NCBI GenBank assembly: GCA_043801855.1 | Contig: JAZDLQ010000103.1 | Span: 1,834 to 65,833 of the forward strand | Length of the DNA stretch: 64,000 nt | Direction of reading: 5' to 3' | DNA from: an archaeon | Lineage (GTDB): Archaea > Nanobdellota > Nanobdellia > Woesearchaeales > GW2011-AR15 | In this document: piece by piece, positions 8,390 through 18,300 of the stretch | Layout: each line of letters opens with the position of its first letter | Numbering within the stretch: position 1 is the first letter of the stretch | Notes under the pieces: model-generated | Told to the model about the DNA's origin: nothing | Databases searched by the model: none | Seen by the model: only the letters and a program-made list of their open reading frames with translations | Made by a program: the position numbers and the translations under genes

Positions 8390-9679
8390 GTGATACATAT
8401 GGCTAATAATCATTCCAAAGGACATAACTACAGCCCGCTTGGGCCAAAAAGTGCTGCAATAATTGAGAGAATTAACAAGCACAGTGCAACTAACTATTTG
8501 CCTTATCCATTTGTCGTTGAAAAGGCAGAGGGTGCATGGCTAATTGATCCTGACGGTAATAAGGCTCTTGACTTTTTATCAGCATATTCAGCTGTTCTAA
8601 CACACAGGCATAAGGGGGTAATTGAAGCAGTTGAAAGAGAAATGAAAGAAGGAAGTGACCTTGTCAGCAGAGCAGTTTACTCATCTAGATTTGCTGATTT
8701 TACAGATAAGATTCATGAAGTTACAGGATATGATAGAGTCCTTCCGAAAAGTGATGGCGGCTCAGCCACTGATTCAGCAATAAGCGGCCTGCTCATGCAC
8801 GGATTTGTCAGAGGAATTAAAAATCCTGAAGTAATACTTACAAAAGATTATTTTCATGGAAGATCATGGGTTTTTGCATCAAATGCGCTCTTTGACCCTG
8901 ACCAGAGTTATAGGAGGATTCCAAAGGCTCCAGGCATTGTCGTTGTCGATGATAATATTGATGCGATAAAAGCAGCAGTAAATGATAACACAATTGGCAT
9001 TTTTATTGAAACGCATAAAGGTGAAGGAGGGCCTCTTTTTTCAAATAAGAATTATTTTTTAGCAATAAAAACACTTGCTAAAAATCGCAATCTCTTTTTT
9101 GGCTGCGATGAGATTCAAACAGGCCTTGGGCGATGCGGTTATATTATGGCTTGGCAGGAATATGGGGAAGTTGCAAGGCCTGATTTTGTAACCTTAGGAA
9201 AAGCCCTTGGCGGTGGAATTATTCCGGTAAGTGCAGTAGTTGGTAATGAAGAATTCATGAAGATTTTTACACCAGGAAGCGATGGAAGCACATTCGGCGG
9301 CTACCCTATTGCATGCGCTGCAGCAGTTGCATCACTTAATTATATTGTATCAGAAAATATCCCTAAAAAATCACTCGAGCTTGGAGATTATTTTGTAAAA
9401 AAGCTAAAAGCAATACCAAATATTAATGTCGAAAACAGGGGACTATTGATAAGAGTTGAGATAAAAGGCATTGACACAGCAAAATATGTTTGTTTAGAGA
9501 TGCTTGTTGGAAAAAATAGGAATCCAAGAGTGTTTATGAAAGCTGGACATAATGACCCAATAAAAAAAGTTGCATATACAAGAATAGCGCCGCCGCCTGG
9601 CGCCATGACAAAAGAGTTGATTGATGAAGCAGTTGAAAAGACGATTGCGCCAATACTGAAGGATGCAGGAAAGTTTTAA
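8390..9679 (+). CDS. rocD: Ornithine aminotransferase-like class III PLP aminotransferase
   Basis: 429 aa with the LSAYSAV segment, DEIQTGLGRCG, and TLGKALGGG (PLP-lysine context). The track start is a GTG; an ATG lies 9 nt downstream (8399). Confidence 0.8.
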   Translation: MIHMANNHSKGHNYSPLGPKSAAIIERINKHSATNYLPYPFVVEKAEGAWLIDPDGNKALDFLSAYSAVLTHRHKGVIEAVEREMKEGSDLVSRAVYSSRFADFTDKIHEVTGYDRVLPKSDGGSATDSAISGLLMHGFVRGIKNPEVILTKDYFHGRSWVFASNALFDPDQSYRRIPKAPGIVVVDDNIDAIKAAVNDNTIGIFIETHKGEGGPLFSNKNYFLAIKTLAKNRNLFFGCDEIQTGLGRCGYIMAWQEYGEVARPDFVTLGKALGGGIIPVSAVVGNEEFMKIFTPGSDGSTFGGYPIACAAAVASLNYIVSENIPKKSLELGDYFVKKLKAIPNINVENRGLLIRVEIKGIDTAKYVCLEMLVGKNRNPRVFMKAGHNDPIKKVAYTRIAPPPGAMTKELIDEAVEKTIAPILKDAGKF

Positions 9680-9690
9680 ACACAATTTCC

Positions 9691-10908
9691 TCAAATATCA
9701 AATTCAATATAATATCCATACCTGTCAATTCCAGTAACAAAATCATTAACACTAGTCGTATTGGCAGATTTGTCAGAAAGTACCTTTAACACTTCTTTAA
9801 ATTCTATACTATTAACAAGCCTTGGCTTAAAACCTGAGGCAGCATTATCGCTTTTGAAAGGATAGAGTCTAAGAAATATCTTTTCAGAATTGTTTTGGCT
9901 TTGAATGATAAGCCTTGTAATAAAAGAATATGGAAACCCGCTCATAGATGAGTATCTTCCAATAGAATTAAAAAAGAAATTTCCGATTCCATACACAACA
10001 TATGTGTCGTTGAAAAAATCTACTTGCTGGAGAGTATGCGAGCCATGGCCTATAATAAGATTAACATCACTGCTTTTTGTTATTTGCGTTGCAAGCTGCT
10101 TTTGGCGCTGGCTCATCCACTCGTAATCTTCTCCCCAATGTATTAGTAGAATAATAAATGATTCAGGTTCTTTTTTTCTTATTTGCCTTATGTTTTCCCA
10201 AAGAGCAGAATCGTCAATGCTAAGCACGCCTGCCTTATTCTTCTTTGCGTAAAAATTATATTTTTGCTCATAACTTGTTCTGTTATCAAAAGCTGAAAAC
10301 ACGAAAATTTTTCTTGTTTTGCCGTTACTTGAAATATCTATATTTAGCGGTTCTGCAGCGTCAATGCTGCTAAATCCGGCGCCAAAAAGCGATATTTTTG
10401 CTTGTCCCAGGTTACGTAAAGTGTCTTTTAGGCCTTCCTCTTTAAAATCCATCATGTGGTTGTTTGCTAAGGACACAGCACTAATTTTGTATTTTTTAAA
10501 TATATACGGCGTAACTTGCGGATTATCGCTCTCAACAAAGCTTTTATTATTTCCATAAGGCGATTCCTTAAGTGTTGTAATTGGCGCTTCAAGATTTGCA
10601 ATTGAATAATCTGATTCATTAAGCAGCAGGCTGAAATTTTCAAAAATTTTGGAAAAGAATAGTGAAAACTCTTTTTCATTGCAATCTATTATAGAGCGGC
10701 TTTCACAGTAATCTCTAAAGCTTGTATCTCCTAAAATTAGGATTGAATATTGACTATTGCCTAATTGATTTTTATTACAGCTTTCTTCCTGCCAGGCCTT
10801 TTTTCCAAGAGAAATTACTAGAATTATTAGTACAATTGTTGCAATTGCATAAATAATTGTAAAACAAACAATCTTTCTTTTTTTTTTCATCAAAAAAGAA
10901 AAAGCCAA
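9691..10908 (-). CDS. CapA/PGA_cap-family membrane-anchored metallophosphatase-like protein
   Basis: 405 aa with an N-terminal TM helix (IVCFTIIYAIATIVLIILVISL), then NLEAPIT and SLANNHMMDF motifs characteristic of the CapA family. Confidence 0.7.
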   Translation of the reverse strand: MAFSFLMKKKRKIVCFTIIYAIATIVLIILVISLGKKAWQEESCNKNQLGNSQYSILILGDTSFRDYCESRSIIDCNEKEFSLFFSKIFENFSLLLNESDYSIANLEAPITTLKESPYGNNKSFVESDNPQVTPYIFKKYKISAVSLANNHMMDFKEEGLKDTLRNLGQAKISLFGAGFSSIDAAEPLNIDISSNGKTRKIFVFSAFDNRTSYEQKYNFYAKKNKAGVLSIDDSALWENIRQIRKKEPESFIILLIHWGEDYEWMSQRQKQLATQITKSSDVNLIIGHGSHTLQQVDFFNDTYVVYGIGNFFFNSIGRYSSMSGFPYSFITRLIIQSQNNSEKIFLRLYPFKSDNAASGFKPRLVNSIEFKEVLKVLSDKSANTTSVNDFVTGIDRYGYYIEFDI

Positions 10909-10928
10909 ATGTAGTTATTAAACTTATT

Positions 10929-11107
10929 AAATTGCACAGCCAGAAATCCAGATACTTAAGTATACTGGATGAATGGCTGCGCTTGGCAGTGCAATTTGCT
11001 GAAGTCCGAGCAGCGAATCCCCACCATTAATTGAAAATAAATATATTTTCAATTTGCTAAAAATGCGTCCATTTTTATCATATGGTAGGGGAGAGCCTCG
11101 GACTTCA
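10929..11107. other. Two adjacent long imperfect hairpins (candidate structured ncRNA or MITE-like element; strand undetermined)
   Basis: Hairpin 1: AAATTGCAC (10929-10937) pairs with GTGCAATTT (10989-10997), with inner stems AGCCA/TGGCT and TCCAGATAC/GTATACTGGA. Hairpin 2: TGAAGTCCGAG (11000-11010) pairs perfectly with CTCGGACTTCA (11097-11107). Inside it, CCCCACCAT pairs with ATGGTAGGGG, and there are two further small hairpins (TTGAAAAT/ATTTTCAA and AAAAATG/CATTTTT). The stems are GC-richer than the surroundings. Confidence 0.5.
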
Positions 11108-11474
11108 TTCAAATTTTTAAAAATGAACTTCTTGACTCATTTTTTTATTAATTAGTCACTTATTATTAGTAAAAAAAGTTTATATAACTCAACCTAATAA
11201 TTTTTATCTTATTTAATTAAAGTGGGAGGAGTTAAACATAGAATTTCATAGTATAGACAGTTTTTCGGTAATTAGCAGTATAGAGAAGATTGCAAAAACC
11301 CTGCAAACTTCTAATATAGCAAATGGACAAATTCCTTTGCTATTAGGAAAAGCGCATTTTTCGCGCTTTGAGTATAGAGCACTTTGCATCGTGTTTTTAA
11401 CGTCGAGAGAGCCTTTGCTCTTTTTAAAAATCGCACTTTTTGCAAAGTTCTCTATAAATTTCTTTAATAATAAT

Positions 11475-11485
11475 TTTTATATATC
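11475..11485 (+). promoter_or_regulatory. TATA-like element (TTTTTATATAT) upstream of the giant surface-protein gene
   Basis: Centred about 33 nt upstream of the ATG at 11513 and 12 nt upstream of the GTG at 11492. A second TATA-like CTATAAAT lies at 11452-11459. Confidence 0.4.
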
Positions 11486-11491
11486 TAAGAG

Positions 11492-12016
11492 GTGTGGAGC
11501 TTGAAAAAAACAATGTTTGTAGCTTTAGCTGCCTTTCTTTTGGCAGCATTATTTGCAAATGCAGAAGTATTAATTGTTAGCCTAAATAAGGGAGAGTATT
11601 CGGCCGGTGAATCTGTCCTCATATCAGGCTATACTTTTGATGACAATCTGAATGCAAAATCAGACAGCACTGTTACAATTTATCTTAATGATACTCTACT
11701 CTATGAAGGCCTTCCCGCATCAGATGGATTATTCAACCACACCATAATAAACATCTCTGTCGGAAGCTACAAAGTTACTGCAAACACAAGTGACTCTACG
11801 CAGGTTTTAACATTTGAAGCTACTGCAGCAGCTCTTACTCCATCTTACATAATTATTGCATCTTCATTAAATGTCCCGTACACAAATCCGCTAGTCAATT
11901 TTACAGTCCAAAAATATTTAGGAGACACGCTGACAAGCGACTCTTACACATACAATATATATTACTCAAACGGAACACTATTTAATTCATCAACCTATAC
12001 AAGCGGCTCTTCTTAA
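11492..12016 (+). CDS. Signal-peptide-bearing N-terminal segment of the giant surface protein; ends at an in-frame TAA
   Basis: Signal peptide MWSLKKTMFVALAAFLLAALFANA (alternative ATG start at 11513), followed by Ig-like beta-sandwich repeats. It is in the same frame as 12365-21652, and the frame stays open from 12017 onward. Confidence 0.8.
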   Translation: MWSLKKTMFVALAAFLLAALFANAEVLIVSLNKGEYSAGESVLISGYTFDDNLNAKSDSTVTIYLNDTLLYEGLPASDGLFNHTIINISVGSYKVTANTSDSTQVLTFEATAAALTPSYIIIASSLNVPYTNPLVNFTVQKYLGDTLTSDSYTYNIYYSNGTLFNSSTYTSGSS

Positions 12017-12364
12017 ATAATCAGGCTTCCGGGTGAAGCAGGATTCTACAATATAATAATAGACGGCAAAAAAGCATTTAGCGTTAATGTTGCAAAGTTT
12101 GACCTGAAATATAAAATCACAGATAAGACAGGAACCCAGAAAACGACATTCAAGCCAAATGGCGTTGCTTATTTTGAAGTAGAGGGCTATTCAAATGGCC
12201 AAAAAATAACAAACGCAACTGTTACTGCTAAAGTTACTGACCCAACTGGAACAATAAATACTGTTACATTTGTTGATACAAGCGGCTTATATAAGGGAAA
12301 CACAAATGTCACCCAGACAACCCCAATCCAACTTAGGGCAGGAGATTATGTAGCTGAATTTATT

Positions 12365-15300
12365 ATGAAAGATTCTTCAAATAATGAGCAGACTATCAAA
12401 GGATATTTTACAGTTATGGGGCTTGATGTATCAGTTAAGCTAATTGAAAAGAGGCCTTATCCGACAGGTGATATCGCAGAGTTTGATATCACAGTTAAAA
12501 ATCTTGAGACAGGAGCGCTATTAACACATAATAGTACATTATATTTAGTTGAAATAGAAAGCAATGGTAAATTATATGATACAACTACAGCAGTAATTGC
12601 TGAGAATTCCGATACAACTAAAACATCTCTTTTGACGTTTCTGGTTCCGAATTTTGCCGACGGAAATTATTTCCTGAAAATAAAAGCAACAAATGGAGGG
12701 AAAGTAGGAAAAGGAACTGAATTTATTGAAATATCCAATACTGAAATCTATGCAGAATTATCAGATAATTTTGGAAATTACAGAAACCAGTTTAAGCCGG
12801 GAGAACTTGCAAAAATAACTGTTAGCTCTAATGTTAACCTGTCTTATGTCAACCTGAGTGTTTACGATAAAGGCAATAATATCAAGTCAACTGCCAATGC
12901 AACAGCAAGCGCTGCAGGTGCGTCAATAACATTTAATGTTCCTGTAGCCCAGGACGGCTATTATGCGGAATTGACAATTATTACGCAGTCAGGCTCATCC
13001 GTTAAACGCCAGGTATGGTTTACCGTGCAGAACTATTTTTCATTTTTAGACGTAAAAGATTTGAATAATAATCACAGGTTTGTTAACCAGCAGGGCTCTG
13101 AATTTTTAGCAGAGATAAATGTTGTTGACATAACATCAGGCCAGAATGTTGATGTATCAAGCTTCACATTTAAGATTAACAAAATAGTGAATGAAGAAAC
13201 AAACGCAGAGTATACTAATTTTAAAGCAACAAGAAATACAACTTATACTGACGCGTCAACAGGCAGAGTAACTTATAATGTAATTCCTCCATCTCTTCCA
13301 AACGGAATATATAGAATTGAATATACTATTGTGAATACTCTTGGCGAATCTTTCTCAGGCAATGGCTGGTTTGGAATTTCAGCTTTTGGCGTGACAGTCA
13401 GTACATATGATTCGACAGGACAGCAGAAAAGAGGATTTGCTGCCGGAAGCAATATTAATGTTTCAGTAACACTATCTAATTCGTATAACGGGACAGCAAC
13501 AATAGTCAGGGAATTTTTTTCTGATGTTACATTCAATGTTTTAAATGGAAACGGCTCGGCTGTTCTCAATGCATCATCAGGCCAGATTCCAAGCCAATCA
13601 GGATTTTATGGCTTTGGAGTTGAAGTAGAAAATACAGATGGCAACAAGGGATATGGTGAAGGTTTTTTTGAAATAAAAAGCTTAAATTTTAAAAGCATAA
13701 CAGCAAGAAGCAATGCAAAGTTTGCATCAAATGCATTAATTATTGCTGATATTGTGATGGAAAAAGCAGGGGAGCTTGTTAATGAGACCAACGCCACATT
13801 ATCACGGCTTGTTCGGCAAAGAGACGGTGCAGCATTATCTGCTTCTTCACTTTCATCATTATCTGATTCATTTGGCAGATCAACCATAAACATTACTGCA
13901 AGCAGCCTTGAAAAGGGATTTTATTTTGCAGAATTAAAGGCAGTTAAGGGAACTGATACAACTTACGGAGGATTCGGTTTTGAAGTAGTTGAAGATAAAG
14001 TATCCATAACATTAAGCGACACAGACAGGATTTTTTCCCAGACTGAAAACATTGAAATTAGTGTTCTTGTGACATATCAGAATGACACGCCTAAAAATAA
14101 TGTAACAGTCAATTTAACATCGTTTTTAAATTTTAATACTTGGTCAACAGTTGCAGTAAATAAGCAGGCAACAACCTCAACTAGCGGCGTTGCAACATTC
14201 AGCGTATCCGCTGCAAACTATAACCCGGCCAGGTATGCGCCTGTTATTAATATTCCAGGCATGGCAAATGCAATTGTAGGGTTTGGAAACAGTGAATTTG
14301 AGGTTAAGCCTTTTTCAACAACAATTGTTTTTTCAGAAGGAAAAGATTATTTTGACACAGATGATACTATCACGATTAACGTTAGTGTCACAGGATCAGT
14401 CACTGTTAGTGCTGTTGTTACTGATAAAGCAGGAAATGCTGTTAATGTTGATTATTCTTATTCCAACAATGTATTAACACTTAATAATGACCTTGATCCA
14501 GGAGAGTATTTTGTTGAAGTGACAATTACCCAGAGCACAAGTACAGTATCAAAGACGCTTTGGTTCCAGGTTATTTCACCGGAAATACATCTTCAGCCTT
14601 TGCCAAATCCAAATTACCAGGAAACAGATACAATTAATTTTGATTACACTGTTTTTACAATAAGCTCTAACGGCTGGGCTCTTGCTAATGCAACAGTTAA
14701 TATTACAGCAATAAAGAACTTATGGCAGGGAACAGAGGAAGAAGTCGGTGTCTTATTTAATGCAACAGAAGAAGACTCTTATGCATTTGATTTAACCTCT
14801 TACGCACTTGAAAAAGGAGATTACCTTCTTGTATTTGAAGTAATAGGAAATCCAAATTTTGAAAACACGCTTTACTTTAGGATATCAAAAGACGTTTCAT
14901 TTAGTGCAAGTTCTAATGTGGCTTCAAATAATGTCTCAATTAATGTGACAACAACAGGATTTGGTTCTCCGCAGATTTTACTTGAAGGATACACTAATTT
15001 TGAATCATTCACTTATACATTAGTTGGAGGAACTCCTGTCTCAGCAGCAAATGCTCTGCTTAGCCTAAATGGGCTTTCAAACGGCTTTTATCAGGCAAAT
15101 ATTAAAGTCACTGATGGAGCAGAAAACTATTATTTCAATACATTCTTTGATGTAAGGGTAAAAGATGTAACAATTGATGCTCCGGGAGAAGCCTTTGTTG
15201 GCGAGCCAGTACAGTTTAACATAACAGCAACTAGTGCCGGAGTATTCTGGGTGATTGACCCGTTCACTCAAAACATTGTACAGAAAACACAAGTCAGTCC

Positions 15301-18300
15301 GGGTTACACAGAACTCAATGTAACATTCAATTATCCAACCCATTATATATATAGCAGCGGCGTTGATAAGTGGGAGGCATTCAGGAACGGAGAAGATATT
15401 AATATAAGAAACGTTGGATTTGATGTAGTATGGCCTTATATGAATAACAGGTATATTCTGACAGGTGCGACAAATTTCACGTTTAATGTAAGCTCTGGAA
15501 AATATAATACACCAATGACATTAAAGCTGAAAAACCATTTTTCTGGAAATACAAAGACTTTATCAACATTAATGACAGCCCCAAATTCTGATTGGAAAGA
15601 ATTTTCATACGATCTTGATGATGCGGTAGAGGGTCTTGGCTTGTCAAACGGCCCTCATGATGTTGAATTAACTCTGGAAGATGGCTCAGCACAGCCTCCG
15701 AAGATGTATTTCTTTATTGACATTTTCCCAGATCAATACAATATGTGGGCATGGACAGACAGATGGGAATACAGGACAGGAGAGCAGATGACAATTAATA
15801 TTGACATATTTGATATTTTATCTGGCTGGCAAAAACAGTCTCCGGATAATGTTTCACTTGAGTCATTATATGATTCATTCAGGCAGCCGGTGTCAGGAAG
15901 CCTTGGTTGGACTCAAGGGAATAATTTTGCAAATCTAACAATTGGAAGCAGCTGGGTAACAGGTAATTACCATGCTGAGCTAAAGCTTAATAAGAGCGAT
16001 GTGCTTAGGACAGTTCCATTTGACTTTTATGTCAGGGGAAATGACAACTTAAAGCTATTCTGGCAGCAAAACAAATGGGATTATTCATCAACAGAAACTT
16101 ATCAGATATCAATTGATGCAAGAGACAAAGGCCTTGCTGCTGTTGGAGTTCCCGTTACATTGGTAGGATTTGAAATGCGGCCCGAAAACTGGAATGACAC
16201 TCCGACTCCAGTAGAAATTAACGGGGCATATAATTTCTCAAACAACAATGTTACTGACGCAACCGGAAGAATAACATTTAGGTTAAATATTTCACAGGCG
16301 CAGCTTGGCAGTGGAGGATATAGCGCAAGAGTAAATGTTGGCGGCCAGCTTGTATGGCTTGACTTTAATGTGAGAACTTATCAGGTAGATGCATATCCTG
16401 AAGAGTGGGAATATGGCATTACAGATACAATTGAGATTAATGCAAGGGCAAGAAACATTGATACTTTTGCGCCAATTAATGAAAACGGAAACGTAACAAT
16501 AATTAAAATAAGAAGGCATGAGCAGGGAAACTGGATGCCGCAGGATATTCCACTTGAAAGCTTTGGAATTTATGATGCATCAACTGATGTTTTTAATGGT
16601 GAAGCATTGATAGAAATGTCTGCAAATCAGACTGCCCTTGCTCTTGAAAAAGCTTATGATTTTGAATTAGAGCTGCTGATGAATCTGACAGGGAGTGGAG
16701 TATCCAAAGGATATGTATGGTTCAAGCTTTCAAACTCAGATAAGCCGGCAGCAACAATTGTTGATAACACTGGATCTGAACCGGATGCGTATTTTGCAGG
16801 CCAGAATTATACACTGAGAGTAACTGGTGCAACTTCTGCAACACTAAGAAATATGTGGGGCCCGCAGTCTATGAATTATAACAAGGCGCTTGTTAATAAT
16901 AGCGGAACTTTGCAGACAGATTTCTATAGTCCGCAGTCTCCTGGAATGTATACCCTTGAAATAGAGATAAGGCGATCAGAAGGATTTCCTGAATTCATCT
17001 ATCAGGATTTCCAAATTGGCGGAGACACACAGTTAGACCTGTGGCTTGAGGAGTCATCAGTTGTTCCTGAAGTCAATTTTACAGTAGGATTATTTTTGAT
17101 GGGAAAAGGAACTGATCCATTTTGTAATCCTGAATATGGCTGTAATCGACCAATGGATAACTGGTTTGGTCCGCTGGGAAATAAGACTGTAAGGCTTACT
17201 GCAATAAAAGACCTCGATACATTCACCTTGATTAACAAGACCAATCTGAATATTGCCGCAACAACTAGTGACTTTCCTGACTGGATGCTCGTTGCAAACA
17301 CTCCAGGTGAGGGATGCGGCGGGTTTGATACAGAGCAGAATTGCACGGATGAAGGCTGCAGCTGGATTGTTGATGGGTATTGCGAGCCTAAATTCGATGG
17401 ATGTATTTACGGCGACACAAATACCTGCCAGAATGTTCACGGTTCTGATTGTGTGTGGAATATTGATCACTGCCAGCCTAAGATGTCTGGAAACTGCCAA
17501 TACGGAGATAGCGGCACATGTGAATCCGTTGATCATGCAGCAGATTGCCAATGGATTGAGCAAGACGGTCACTGTGAAGGAGAATATGATACGAGCCAGG
17601 ATAATCAGGGGCAATTCATTTCACAAGGTGAAGAGCCTGGAAGAGCTACTTTCAACCTTCATCCAACCATTCTTAACCTAACAGCAGGCAAGAGTTATGA
17701 TATAATCTTTAGCTATATTAGCGATGATGGTGAAGAAACTGAAGGAAAACTTGCAATACAGGTTGAAAAATTCCATGTCGCAATTTCAAGAGGCGAAGAA
17801 AATCTTGCAGCAAATACTTTACAATATGTATGGATGAAAACAGCTAATCTATACGGCGCTCCAATTGCTAACTGCACAATATCTTTCAGCGCATTATATA
17901 GCGCAAAAGACTATAAGCTTGTGAAGACTTTAAGCATCAGCGGCAACTCAAGCACTGAAGGCAACTATATCTTTACGTACACGACACCAAGCCTTCCCGG
18001 AGAGTATCTTGTTGAGGGTCAAGTGACATGCACTGTTGACAGTGTGCCGGTGACGCAGAAGATTGCATATTTTGTAGATGTCAGCGCAAAGAATTTAGAA
18101 GTTGACATGAAGACAAGGTTCAAGGAAAATGAAAACATCAAAATACTTATCACAACAAAGGATAGGATGGGCAATGCAATTCCTCAAAGGCTTGATATTA
18201 ACTTGTATCATGACAGGGAAGACTATCCTGCGCCAATATATTCACTTGGCGGTTCAGATTGCACAGTTCTTGATGCAAACCAGGCATGGGATTTAAGGAC

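Noticed and set aside
11000-11107. Possible minimal RNase P RNA. On the minus strand, AUGAAGUCCGAGGCUC resembles the CR-I/P4 consensus GAGGAAAGUCCGGGCUC and is preceded by an AT-rich hairpin.
   Set aside because: I could not find the other conserved regions (for example an ACAGAA-type CR-V before the 3' P4 strand) or a P1/P2 closing helix. The resemblance rests on about 10 nt, so a covariance-model search is needed before any such call.
10927-11112. 61-aa minus-strand ORF between capA-like and the giant gene
   Set aside because: It coincides exactly with the nested hairpin element. Palindromic DNA readily yields short open frames, and the peptide has no recognisable features.
12014-12016. 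Alternative genetic code (TAA reassigned) as an explanation for the in-frame stop
   Set aside because: All other long ORFs in the window terminate normally on TAA, TAG or TGA (for example TAA ends 27990-33041 and 21664-22842). One internal TAA is insufficient, so I keep it as a formal possibility only under the readthrough hypothesis.
17002-17681. Antisense and alternative-frame ORFs of 114-174 aa within the giant gene
   Set aside because: They are fully embedded in the 9.3-kb ORF at its Cys-rich (GC-richer) segment. They have no start context and no motifs, so they are most simply frame shadows.
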